Shown here piece after piece: positions 50,473 through 63,179 of a stretch of 64,000 bases of DNA. Made by a program: the position numbers and the translations under genes. Numbering within the stretch: position 1 is the stretch's first letter; each line of letters begins with the position of its first letter. The stretch lies in the NCBI GenBank assembly GCA_013265495.1, contig MU057403.1:62001-126000 (forward strand), given 5' to 3'. This DNA comes from Vicugna vicugna. Lineage: Eukaryota. The notes beneath the pieces were generated by a model. That model worked only from the letters and a program-made list of their open reading frames with translations, made no database searches and was not told where the DNA came from.

Positions 50473-50556
50473 TTGGATCCCCACTTGCTCTTTTGCTATA
50501 TATTCACCAATAAATATTTACTGACTGCAGAGCAAGAGACACGTTGGGTGTCTATT
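50473..50556 (-). ncRNA. MIR511: mir-511 homologous hairpin in MRC1 intron 5, diverged and possibly non-functional
   Basis: Minus strand AATAGACACCCAACGTGTCTCTTGCTCTGCAGTCAGTAAATATTTATTGGTGAATATATAGCAAAAGAGCAAGTGGGGATCCAA aligns to human pre-mir-511 as recalled; same intron and orientation as human. 5p arm 50522-50542, 3p arm about 50485-50504. Confidence 0.85.
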
Positions 50557-51123
50557 TGTTTTCTCGTCGTTGGATCATTCCAATATCTAAAATGTTGATT
50601 TTATAAGTTGACGTCTTTGAAATAACTTTTTTCCCCCACAGTATCAAATAATAGAGCTGGACCTTAAACCTTGACCAGTCCCCACGCTGGGTTATGTTAT
50701 GTAAGTAGCAAAAGAATACATGATGTTCCAAACCAGTCATGTTAAACAGTGTCCAGACCTCCCAAAACACCTCAGTCAAGCAAACTGTGAGGTCCAGACT
50801 AGAGAATGTCTGGACATGAAAAATCTTTCCCCAGTTAGAAAGAGGAGGCAGAAAAGAAGGCACTGGAGGGGAGAAAGACAAGGGAAGAGATGCTACAGGT
50901 AACACCACGCTACAGTAAATGCAGGTAAAGTGCTCTCGGAGCCAAGACTCTTTCTCGAGATTTTCAACTCAACTTATTAAAGAATATTGTTAATAGTTAA
51001 CCCTTATCTCGTAGCTTATTGGAAGCTGCCTAAAACCCAGATCAAGTCAACTTTCCTAATGCAATCGATACATGCGTTGACACCCACATTTTCATGCTTT
51101 TTCACTACTTTAACATATAATTT

Positions 51124-51252
51124 AAATTTTTTTTTAAATTTTTAATGGGGAGGAGGTAATTTCAGGTTTATTTTTTTAAACAAAGATACTAGGAATTGAA
51201 CCCAAGACCCTGTGCATGCTAGGCATGCACTCTGAGCTATTCCCTTGCCCCC
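51124..51252 (-). mobile_element. tRNA-derived SINE (vic-1-like) with TSD
   Basis: Reverse strand ggggcaagggaatagctcagagtgcatgcctagcatgcacagggtcttgggttcaattcc; ttaacatat(a/g)att on both sides. Confidence 0.88.
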
Positions 51253-52389
51253 TTAACATATGATTTTACAACCAGCGTTCTAAAAGCTAGCTCCATCTCA
51301 CAAGACAGGATAATGAGTCACATTTTGTCAATGACTGTTTTGTGACCTCTGACACATATAGGCCTGGATCCGGGCCACACTTTCCCTTTCCCGCAAGATG
51401 GGAATCACATTACCTGCTCCATAAAGTCTTTGTCAAAATTTTTTGGAAGTTGCTTGAATAGCTCACGAAGAAAAAATTGTTAGTAATCAGGATAAAGATG
51501 TTTTTTAAAATGTGTTGATATTATGACCAAACTCACGGTGTAACTGAACTAACAGATCAGGTATCAGTACTAAAAAGAAGCTTTCTAGTTTCAAGAAACA
51601 ATAATATATTTTATAGCTAATGGTTATTAATGAATATATGAGCTAGTAAATCATAGAGAGTTATTTATCAACAGAACACCATTACCAATTTTAATATATC
51701 AAGTAGTTGCCTTTAAATAGTTGCCATAGTTAAATATTCGAATTCATAGTCTATATTATCTGTGTAAAATGTTCTCATTTCAAATGTAAATGTATTTTAA
51801 TAGATGTAAGTACTCAGTTGAATACTTGATCCAACAATTTATACAATAACAACTTCTAATGTTCCACAAAGTTTCTAATTTTCATTTGAAGAAACTCTTA
51901 TATTACTTCAGAAGGTGATTTAATCTTGTACCTACTTCTCAGGAACTTGGTTTAAAAAGAAAAGACATTTCTTTTTCCTTTCTCATTAATAGTCCTATTT
52001 TATTCCTCACTGAAGTTAAGCCCTCATTTTTCTCACTGAACTCTTAGAATGAAAGTGGTTAAATATTACAATAATAACTTCAAAACTGAGTAATAAAGTG
52101 GCCTGCCTAACAAGGTACAATAATTAAGCAGCAAAGAATAAACTTTAGTCCCCCAGTAAATGATTATTGTTCTCTAATGGTCTGACAGAGCCAACTGGCA
52201 TTCTCCAGTTTAATTTGACTGAGTGAACGGTCAGACAAATCAAATTTTTACACGTAAAAAGCACATCTTAAATTCTCTTGCAGCCATGTTTACCTCTCAT
52301 ATTCCAGAGGCGTCTAGCTGACAGCCCTGTAACCATCATGCATTGAAAGACTACACCGAAAGTCAAATTTCATAGTAAAATCTAATCAA

Positions 52390-52612
52390 CTTGCAGATTC
52401 TAATTAGTATATATAAAATAGATAAACAAGTTTATACTGTATAGCATACGAACTATACTCAATATCTTGCAGTAACTTCTGGTGAAAAAGAATATGAAAA
52501 CAAATATATGTATGCTCCTACATGACTGAGGCATTGTGCTGCACACCAGACATTGCTACAGCTTTGTAAACTGACTGTACTTCAAGAAAAACATTTTTTC
52601 AATTAAAAAAAT
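52390..52612 (+). mobile_element. Short L1 3' end
   Basis: aaatagataaacaagtttatactgtatagca ... tgtaaactgactgtacttcaa. Confidence 0.85.
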
Positions 52613-52734
52613 GAACAACATAGATTCTTTAAAAATTCCCTCTCATGTTTCAGCATATACTGAATATTATTTATTTATTTCAAAGTTTTTCTTTTTAATA
52701 CCATAAGTTACTAATACAGAAAATGGAAAGCTTA

Positions 52735-53461
52735 TTTTTTTATTGAAGTATAGATGATTTACCAGGGTGTGTCAGTTTCTGGTGTACCACATTGTGATTC
52801 CCACACATATGTGTATTTATATTCTTTTTCGTTATAGGCTATATTAAGCTATTGAATATAGTCCCCTGTGCTATACAGCAGAACTTTGTGATTTATGTAT
52901 TTTATATATAATAGTTTATATCTGCAAATCCCAAACATCTAATTTATCCCTCCTCCTCCTTTCCCCTTTGGTAACTATAAGTTTGTTTTCTATGTCTGTG
53001 AGTCTGTTTCTATTTTGTAAATAAGTTCATTTGTATCATTATTTTAGATTCCACATATGTGGTATCATATAATATTTGTCTTTTTCTGTCTGACTTACTT
53101 CACTTAGTATGTTAATCTCTAGGTCCAACCATGTTGCTGCAAATAGCATTATTTCATTCTTTTACACAGCTGAGTAATATTCCATTGCATATACATACCT
53201 AAACTTCTTTATCCAATCATCTGTCCATGGACATTTAGGTTGCTTCCATGTCTTGGCTATTATATATAGTGCTGCTATTAACACTACGGTGCATGTATCT
53301 TTTCAAATTAGACTTCCCTACAGATATATGCCCAGAAGTGGGATTGCTGGATATGTTAACACTATTTTTAGTTTTTTAAGGACACTTCATACTGTTTTCC
53401 ATAATGGTTGCACCAAATTACATTTCCACCAACAGTGCAGGAGGGTTCCCTTTTCTCCACA
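52735..53461 (-). mobile_element. L1 3' end
   Basis: Continuous reverse-complement L1 3' UTR from ttttttattgaagtatag to agggttcccttttctccaca. Confidence 0.92.
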
Positions 53462-54610
53462 GCTGGAGAGTTTAATTTTCTAAGGCAAAAGCAAAAACCA
53501 CTCAATGGCTTTAAAAAAGAAGTCTGACCATATGAAGAACCACCACATCAGTGTTTTCCACAGCAGAACTAGTAAATGAAGATGTGACCCATCCTCTCCC
53601 ACAACTAAGTAGACATCACCAATCCTTAACTGCACTCTTTCTTCATAAATCAAGATTAGTACGAGATAGGGGTGTGGATAGGGAGTTTAGAATCATATTC
53701 ATCTCAGTGCCTTAAGCGGCTACTAACAATGGTTGATATGGGCCAATAAGATGAAGATCTTTCATCATCACTTGTCGTTTTGTTTACTCTCAATAATTAC
53801 CATATTTGTAAAACATCTTTATTATTTAGTCTTCTTTTATGTTCTGTTACCTCAGTGTTATGATAATGTAGAAATAATTAGTTCAGAGCATTTTCTATCC
53901 TTCAAAAACCTGTAAAGTTATTGAAGACTTGATCATCCCCTGTGTTTTCCTACAGACCAACTATGACTTGTCAACAAAACTGCTAATGAATTATTATGCT
54001 AGTATGGAATATTACAATCTGTGACTGATACTATTTTTAGCCCAACTCTATTTGATTCAAAACAGGAGAAAATGGTGTTCCTGTAGACCTTAAGATCATT
54101 ATAATAGGCAGAAATATTGCAACTATCTCATGGGTCAAGATAATGAGAAATTCTCCAGCCCCATTCCCCTCAAATTTAAATTTATCAAATTCATAATGTG
54201 TGTAGATATAAATAAATATTTATAAAATCTTTGAATATACTATATAGCATTATATATCTTTCATAAATATAAAATCAAATTTTTGAACAAAACACCTAGC
54301 AAATGAAGGATGTACCAAGAATATACACTTTAACAGTCTTACATTGATTTGTGTGATAATCCTTCCAGACAAGTTCTTTTCCCAGAAAGCTGGAATAACT
54401 ATATATATTATAGTTTTAGCATATTCAAATCTAGTTGACAGATGTCAAAACAAGGTGAGAAATGGACTGTATTTGATGAAGTCTGCCAGTTCTCCTCTTT
54501 GAGGTCTACATGTGAGATGACGAAGGTTTCCATGGCATCCAGGTAAATTAAATTTAGATGACTTCAGCCAGCTTAATCGTACCTGGTTAATCAGACAAGT
54601 TTTAGCCTAC

Positions 54611-54724
54611 CTGGTAACCAGTTCAGATATCGGAACGGGCTGCCCCCACTCCACTGCCATCCACTGTTGAAACTCAGACTGTTCAGTCCAATCCAGAGTC
54701 CTGACGTCAAGGTACTGGTTAATC
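54611..54724 (-). CDS. MRC1: MRC1 exon 5 (CTLD1), 114 nt
   Basis: (G)LTSTLTSGLWIGLNSLSFNSGWQWSGGSPFRYLNWLP(G), WIGL motif; atatag/gtaggc. Confidence 0.97.
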
Positions 54725-56411
54725 CTATATGACAAAAGCAAAAGCAAAATGAAACTGACATTCAGAAAAGACAGTGAAATCAAACTCAGAATTGAGTGCT
54801 TGAATCAAAAGGTATTAGAGGGAAGCCATGAAACTCATGCCTAGCACGTCTCCTTTGATTCTCCTAACAACCGAAATTGAGTATAACTGTTACCTCCATC
54901 GGCAGGTAAAGAGACTGACGTGAGGATACAGGTAAACTGGTAACATTCTTGCTAAGGTTCTAATCTAGGTGTGACCAGGCTTCAGCCCCGTCATCTGTAC
55001 CACTTACTGTAGGATGGAACGAATGTGCTTCCAACTTGGATAAGACTCTATCGTCAAATAAGATTTTTTACTTCATTTTAGAGTAAAAGTAAAATTTATT
55101 TTATATGAAAGTCACAGTTTTCTATCATGAAAAAGTTTAATAGATATTTCAGTCTATCACTCTAATAAGTTATTACCCTGACTTCATATTTCAGAATTTA
55201 CATGAAGAATTTTATTCAATGACATTTTTAAAAATCAAATGTTTTCCTCATTAAGTTGATGACTAAAATCTGAACCCTAAGTGCTTATGCTGCCATGAAC
55301 AACACTTTATTGAGGCAGTTAATAAATCATAATTACAAGGTTTCAAACTGTGTGTAAGGCCTGATGTGAAATTAAAAAAAAAAAACTGAAGCAACATGGA
55401 ACTTCAGTCCATGTTAAACACTATTATTATCTATAACTTTAAAAAATTTTTTTACTGAAGTATAGTCAGTTTACAATGTTGTGTCAGTCTCTGGTGTGTA
55501 GCATAATGTTTCAGTCAACCATTAAAAAGCCATGGATTCTCTGCCCTCCCCACATTGTTTTCAGTTGATGAAGAAAGAGTTAAGGAAAAAGAAACTATCC
55601 TTTGTGTTAAATAAATACCAACCTGAAGTGTCTGCACATGCTGGTAAACATAAATAGGGCACTTCATATTTACTGTTCTCAGAGGATAAGACTCCCCAGT
55701 CAAATCTTTTCAATGGTGAGAATAACCACTTATTCAGCACACTGTTTTTGCTCATTTTTAATCCTCACAAACTCTGATTAGGTTCTGCCATCTCCACTGT
55801 ATACACGAGGGACTTGACACTCAAAGAGTTTAGACGTCATGTGCAGAGCTGAAATCTAAACCTAGGTCCTTATAATATCAAATCCCAGACTCTGTAGCTC
55901 TGATGTAGCCAACTAAGCTATCCAAATTCACTCACGTTTTCCCCAATTTTTCATTAGCTTCTATATACCCACATTCATGTTACAAATTCAAATGAATGGG
56001 GATTCCACTCACTCGATGCCCCCCAAAATCACACCTCACATTTATTGCACTCCAATGCCAAGCACAGATCACTCTCTTAGAGAACATGTAATCTGAATGC
56101 TGTCCTTAGCTTTCTCAGCATCTGACAGAGAGGCCCTTGCGGAGGGAGAAGCCACTTGAGGATATTGACTAGGTTGATACTGATTAGTTACGTTGATGCT
56201 TAATGAGCTGGAGTTATTTACTGAAAAGTAAACCTTACTGTATAATTTCTTTAAATAAAATAATAAACATGGGATGAAATTAAATGCTGGCATGTAAAAA
56301 TCAGTGAAAATTAATTCAGATTCACTTACCTTTATCAGGTGTTCCTAGAAAAAAGAAGTCTGAGTTAGCAGAGCTCTCACACATGGGTACTTTATATACC
56401 TTGGGAGGTTT

Positions 56412-58320
56412 ATATGGTATTTTTCTTTCTCTTTCTGGCTTTGCAAATGGCATTATTCTTTTTCATGGCTGAGTAGTATTTCCTTGTATGAATCTATTAC
56501 AACTTCTTTATCCAATCATCTGTTGATGTGCTGTCTATTTTTTTTCAATTGAAGTAGAGTTGATTTACAATGATGTCTGTTTGATAACAGCCATTCTAAC
56601 AAATGAGGTGGTATCTCATGGCAGTTTTGATTTGCATTTCTCTGATGATTAGTGATATTGAGCATCTTTTCATGTGTATGGTTTCTTTGGAAAAATGTCT
56701 ATTCAAGTTGTTCTGTTTTTTTTTCCCCAGACTTCTGATGTTGAGTTGTATGGGTTCCCTGTGTATGTTGGATTTTAGCTCCTTATCGGATATATCATCT
56801 GCAAATGTCTTCTCTCATTCAGTAGGCAGCCTTTTCATTTTGTTGATAGTTTCCTTTGATGTGCAAAAGCTTTTTAAATTTGATATAGTCTCATTTGTTT
56901 ATTTAGCTTTTGTTTCCCTTGCCTGAGGAGATATCCAAAAAACTACTGCTGAGAATGATTCAAAGAGCATACTGCCTGTGTTTTCTTCCAGAAGTGTTAT
57001 GCTTTCAGGTCTCACATTTAAGTCTTTATTCCATTTGAATTTATTTTTGTGCCTGGTGTGAGAGAGTAGTCCAGTGTGATCATTTTGCATGTGGCTGTCC
57101 AGTTTTCCCAACACCACTTATTGAAAAGGCTGTCTTTTCCCCATTGTATATTCTTGCTTCCTTTGTCATAGATTAACTGACCATATAAGTGTGGGTCCAT
57201 TTCTGGGCTCTCTGTTCTGTTCCATGAATATTTGTGTCTGTTTTTGTGCCAGTAGCATACTGTTTTGATTACTATAGATTTGTAATATAGTTTGAAGTCT
57301 GGAAAATGTTACCTCCAGCTCTGTTCTTCTCTCTCAAGATTTTTGTGGCTATTCAGGGTATCCTGTGTTCGTATACAAACTTTAGAATTGTTTGCCCTAG
57401 TTCTGTGAAAAATCCCATTGATATTTTGATAGGGATTGCACTGAATCTGTAGATTGCCTCAGGTAGTATCATCATTTAACAATAATAATTCTTCCACAGG
57501 AGTGATATATATTTCCATTTGTTTCTGTGTCATCTTCAATTTCTTTCATCAATGTCTTATAGTTTTCTGAGTATAGGTCTTTTTACCTTCTTGGTCAACT
57601 TTATCCCCAGATATTTTATTCTTTTTGATGTGATTATAAATGGGATTATTTTCTCAGTTTTTCTTTCTGATAGTTCATTGTTAGTGTAGGGAAATCCAAC
57701 AGATATATTTATTTATGTTAATTTGTATTCTGCAACTTAACTGAATTCATGTATTTGTTCTAAAAGTTTGTTGGTGGCATCTTTAGGATTAGTATCATGT
57801 CCTCTGCAAATAGTGACAATTTTAATTCTTTTTAATTTGGATTTCTTTCATTTATTTATTCTTATCTAATTGCTATGGCTAAGACTTCCAATACTATGTT
57901 GAATAAAAGTGGTGAGAGTTAGCATCGTTGTCTTGCTCTTGATCTTAGAGAAAAAGCTTTAAGCTTTTCACCGAGTATGATGTTAGCCATGCGCTTGTCA
58001 TATACGGCCAGAATTATGTTTAGGTATGTTCCCTCTATACCCATTTTGTTGAGAGTTTTTATCATAAGTTAATGTTGAATTTCATTAAATGCTCTTTCTG
58101 CATCTACTGAAATGATCATTTGATTTATATTCTTCATTTTGTTAATGTGATGTATCACATTGATTGGTTTGTGGGTGTTGAATCTTCCTTGCATTTGAAA
58201 TAAATCCCACTTGATCATGGTGTGTGATCCTTTTAATGTGTTCTCAAGTTCAGTTTGCTAATATTTTGTTGAAGATTCTTGCATCTATCTTCATTAGGGG
58301 TACTGACCTATAATTTCTTT
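56412..58320 (-). mobile_element. L1 ORF2 (RT and C-terminal region) relic with adjacent 3' fragments
   Basis: ORF track fragment [38 protein letters not shown] is L1 ORF2p; many disruptions. Confidence 0.92.
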
Positions 58321-61300
58321 GAATTCTTAAACACTGTACTAACTTGAAGAATAATTATCTCCATACTTACAGAGGGGTATACCAGAGGAAATGATTCTGA
58401 AAGTAGCATTTCAAAAATGTCAAATATAGCTGTTCCCAAAAATCAAATTCTCTCGTATTTTTAAAAACTTATAATAAAATAAGCATATCTAAGTTTTTAA
58501 AACTCTAAATAATTCACTGACTGTAGGAAGAATTAAATTAGATTTTGTCTGATATTGCTCAATGAAATTACTGTGTTTGGCATGATGAGAAAAAGATGAA
58601 AGGTCTTTAAGGCAATTATCTATTCTTTGACATTCCTCATCTACTCTAGGTACTCCTGGGTTTGTTTTGAAGAATTAAATTAAGTAATAATTCTTAAAAC
58701 AGGGTCTAGCACACAGTATATGCCCCCAAAAATATAAGCTATTGCAATCACTATTATTCATGGTGTTACTATTATTATTACTACTCCATGTTGAATTAGG
58801 GTTGGCAAAAAGTGTGATTTAGAAACAAAATTCAAACTTTGTGTTAAATACATCACTTAAAGGTAATGAGCACTTTTTTTCTCTAATGTGCTTGTAATTT
58901 TATAAAGAACCTGACTAAAATTTTAGTGTTATTATATAAATAATCAGTTCCACATGCTAAACTTTTTAATTTTTAATTTTCCTGCATGTATTGTCTAAAA
59001 CAGTTTATACCTACTTTTGACCTTAGTTATAAGAGAAGACGGTTTCATGTCCAATATTACACTGTATTTTTCTTCTCTATCCTGTGGTCCAATTTGTTCT
59101 CCAACCAGCACCACAGGAAGCTGGCGAAAACAATCAGAGTAACAAGCCAATTTCACTTCCTATATCTTATTTCAGTTCTGTAAATATAAATCCTGTGCAT
59201 ACGTGGTTATAAATCTGATTCAGGAATGGAGGATTCAGTAGCGTGTCCCAACGTTTTTGAGGGTAGAAATAGGAGAGAAGATGATGAAATGATCATGGGT
59301 GATGGAAGAATTGGCTACTGGGCAGAAACCATGAGCCCAGGAGATTATGTGAAATCAGATTGCCAGTTTAGGATAAATTTACTGGAGCAAGGAGCTGTTG
59401 ACATCTAAATTAAGTGTTCTGTTTAGTGCTTTGGGGACCACCAGATTCCCAGTTACTTTTCAGCGAGACCTGGGCAGAGTGTAATGGAAAGACAGCGCTG
59501 AATTACAACCGAGTTACTTTCTGAATACGCGGCATTAGGCAAAATTTGTAACTTCTCCCTCCTAGTCTCTTAACTTATCTATGAAGTAAGGACAGTAATA
59601 CTCATTTACGAGGTTGGTGTCAGCCTTGGAAATAAAGCTCGGTGTCTGGCACACAACAGCTGTTTGATCTCAGAGTCATAAAAGAGGCTTACACTTTTTC
59701 AAAATATGAAATTTACTCCTCAAAAGTCTCACATAAATATTTAAGGGCTATTTGTGCTTTTTAAAAAATTATACTGGCATATTTCCCCAAAATGGAGTCG
59801 ATCACAATCCCCCTCACCCACATCATGATTTTCTTTTTAGATACTTCCTCCATAAATGTCAATAGATTCCAAACATCATGAATATCTTCTCTCCAGAAAA
59901 ACAAAATTCAGTTTTATTTTTGAAATTCCCCTATCAGACTTTTTTGGCTCCTAACGCGTGGTGTTTTTGACTTAAAGCAAAGCAGGAAATACTACAAATC
60001 TCATTCGAGAAGTCATTTCTAGTCAGCTTTCAGTTAAAATGTGCTGACTGAAATTCTGGAGGCTTGGATAAGATTCAAATAAGTATTTGAGATGAACTCA
60101 GCCTCCCAATCTTGCAGGGCTTGTTTGCTCTCCCAACGGACAGAATAATAGCCCTTGCTGATTAGGGAAGCATTTCCTGCAGCCGGAGCCTGACAGCAGG
60201 GGGCCGGGGCAGGATGCATGGAGATGGGGCACAGCCTCTGCCCAGATGGCCCCCTCCCGCTAAGCAGCCAGGCAAGAGAGTTCAAAGGTAACCTGTGCTC
60301 TGCCCCTTGGTTTCCAGGAAGCCAGAAAACAAGGAAAACTCGAAAGACTCAAGATAACACAATCCACAAACAGATTCTTAAAAAAAAAAAAAAGAAAAGA
60401 AGCCAAGTGAAACCATTTCAACACAACTCTGACAGATTTTTCTCCCCCCCATGCAAGCCAGTGCCAGTCACACCAGGATTATCGCAATGCATCCTTTCTT
60501 TTCCATCATCATCGACACAAATTTAGTTTTGTCTCTTTCTGTGCTTTCTTCTCTTCTTACTTGTTTTTCAAATACATGGTTGTAAATACTGATCACCCTG
60601 TACTTTGTCCCTATATTACATACAAAGACCCCAAAGACCAACATAAAACAGAATAACCCAGCAGATGGAGGCATAAACCCATCTCTGAGTTTAGGAATGC
60701 CCACAGTGGGGTCCCATTGCTTTTCCATCATCAATTTCCTTAATAATAACTGAAAGAAGATGGTGGCCTGCAGCCTACACCGAAAGGAGAAAAATGTTCA
60801 GTGTTATACCTGGTGCCCAGCTATTGCAGGGAAGGTTTCATTCGAGTGGGGCCAGTTTTCATGATTAAGTCCTCAGACTAGGAGTAGAAAAATCTTTCTT
60901 ACCCAAGAACGCTCGGTATATTTCACAGGATTGTATTAAATAAATGCCTGTCACCATTTTTTCACCCACCTAAAATAGAATGCAATAAACATCTTCAAAT
61001 TCAATTTAAAACGTAATTACTTATAGGAGAAATGTGTTCCAGTTGACAAAGCGTATCATCCAAAAAGAGTTGGAGAAAGCGGAGCCCTAGATGATGAGGC
61101 AAGGCTGGGGGCACGCTCTGTCCCTTGTACCGGCTCACACACCCTCCCCCCTAACAGATGACATCACTGCGGCAGAGACGCTTCAGGCCATCCCCCCAGG
61201 GTCTCCTGGCTTCACAGAGCCGGGACCCAGGCAGGCAGACTCCTGAGTCCACACTCCAGCACTCTGCTGCCTAGTGTCATCAGACAGAATCCGTAGGCAT

Positions 61301-61334
61301 TGCCAACACAGCAGGAACTGACAGAATGCTTTGC

Positions 61335-61475
61335 CAAGTGTGGTCCCCCAACCACTTGCCCCCGAATCCCCTGGAAATTTGACAACGTGCAGATTCCTTG
61401 GCCCCACATCACACCTACTGATCTAGTCTCTGGGGTTTGCACTTAGGCATCTTTACGTTAACAACGTTCCCTGTT
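61335..61475. mobile_element. MER5-like hAT MITE
   Basis: aagtgtggtccc ... gcagattccttggccccacatcacacctactga..tctctgggg. Confidence 0.6.
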
Positions 61476-61689
61476 TGATGAATAAGCAACTTCATATTGT
61501 TCTTAACTGTCTTCTCGCCACAAGCTGACCACACGTCCAAACGTGAGGCTGAATTCCCAAGTACTTTTCTGGTGCTGTGTCATCATCTGTCAGTCAGCAA
61601 ACATCCACTGAACTGTCTTCCTTGGAAGGTTCTGTGTGAGCCTCTTTGGGGTGGGGAGGACATCACTATTCACAAGACGTGCCTCATTT

Positions 61690-61930
61690 TCAGCCGTCTG
61701 ACCCTCGAGTCCATTCTCCACACAGCCTTCAGTTGGCTTTCTGCACCGCACTCAACTATAACTCGTATCTACTTGCTTGTCTTCTTGTCTATGTCTGTTT
61801 TCCCCACTGGACTTTAAGCTCCACGTGGACAGGACGTGCCTGACTTTGGTTACCATCATGTCCCTAGGATCTAGCATAATGCTTTACACACAGACGCCAC
61901 CCATCCTGTTGAATGAATGAATGAATAAAA
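61690..61930 (+). mobile_element. L2 3' end
   Basis: tgtctgttttccccactggactttaagctcc ... ctgttgaatgaatgaatgaataaa, typical L2 terminal (GAAT)n repeat. Confidence 0.7.
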
Positions 61931-63014
61931 AAAGATTGTATGTATAGTGTTTTGGGGAAGTGGGACATATGTAAGTAACTGTCATAAAATTGGTAAACAA
62001 GTAAGAGAAATGCAGATGGAAATGGAAAACACTGCATTTCAACTGTATAAAATTTGGGGAACTTCAGGGACAAGAAGTGACAGGGGAACAGATGTGGAGG
62101 CAAGAAAGTGTGGCAAAGATGAGGAACTTCAAACCTTTCTTTTGTCAAGACTGTGAAATGCATGAAGGGGAACAGCAGTGAGCGGACAGACGGCCACCTC
62201 TGAATGCCAGGCAAAGGTGTGTCGCTAATTATTTGATACGAAATGAGAAGCCACTATGGGCTTTTTGAACACGGTGGCCATTGGACCAGAGCCTTGTTAA
62301 GCTAGCAGCAGTGTCAGGGTGAACTGGCAGGGAGGGGGTTCTGGGGAAGAGGGGGTGCTCGTTCTCCCACATTCATGTCTGGTCCTAATCTCCCTGGTCC
62401 CCAAGTGTGGATTTCAGAAGCTAAAACTGATCTCAAGCAAAACATTAGCTCTTTAAATCTTCACAATCTTATAAGAACAAATGCTTAAACAAACAAACAT
62501 TATGGAAAGAGAATCAGTAAGACCTGAGTACCCATAGAGTCTGGAGTTGAAGAGACAGGAGACAACAAAGACAGCTCTTTACTTGTTCCTGCTTGTGGTG
62601 GCAGCATTTCATTGAATCATATTAAATTCTCTGATGCTAATGGAAAACCTGGGACCTCCGGTTAGAACTAGCCTTCTTGACCAGCATGGTACCCATGCCT
62701 TGTGTCCCAGAACGGCATCACTAATTCATCGTGGCATTTTCTACTTTGAGCTGAGATTAATCCTCAGAATCTTTCTCAGCCCAGGTCCTGGAGCCTGTCA
62801 CAACTGATAGAAGAAAGCTGGCTCATGAGATGACACCTATTTGCCATCCCGAGTGTCTTTTTCAGGGTGCAAATTTGTCACACCCTCAGCACCATCTGTT
62901 CAGGACTGACTCTATCATGATGTCCATATTTACTCGTGCTGTCTGCTTTAAACTCTCTAGAAATAAAATAATCATGACCCCACTCACAATTTTGTTTTCT
63001 TTTCACATCATTAC

Positions 63015-63179
63015 CTGTCAGGTATGTTTGCTCGTGTATCTCTGTGATGCTCAAGAGTTCAGCATTCTGCTGTTGGCAGCTCTTCCTCGCCTGGTGCCAA
63101 GTTAAAGCAGACTTGGAATTTATCTGGTAGGAGATGCTGGTCAGTGGATCTTTAGTCCATAAGCTTTCGCTGCCCTCAA
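63015..63179 (-). CDS. MRC1: MRC1 exon 4 (start of CTLD1), 165 nt
   Basis: Translates (F)EGSESLWTKDPLTSISYQINSKSALTWHQARKSCQQQNAELLSITEIHEQTYLT(G); acceptor ttacag, donor gtaatg; not in ORF track. Confidence 0.97.

Noticed and set aside
51936..51945. STAT6 motif TTCTCAGGAA (MRC1 is IL-4 inducible)
   Set aside because: Only six fixed bases, expected many times by chance in 64 kb, with no supporting cluster
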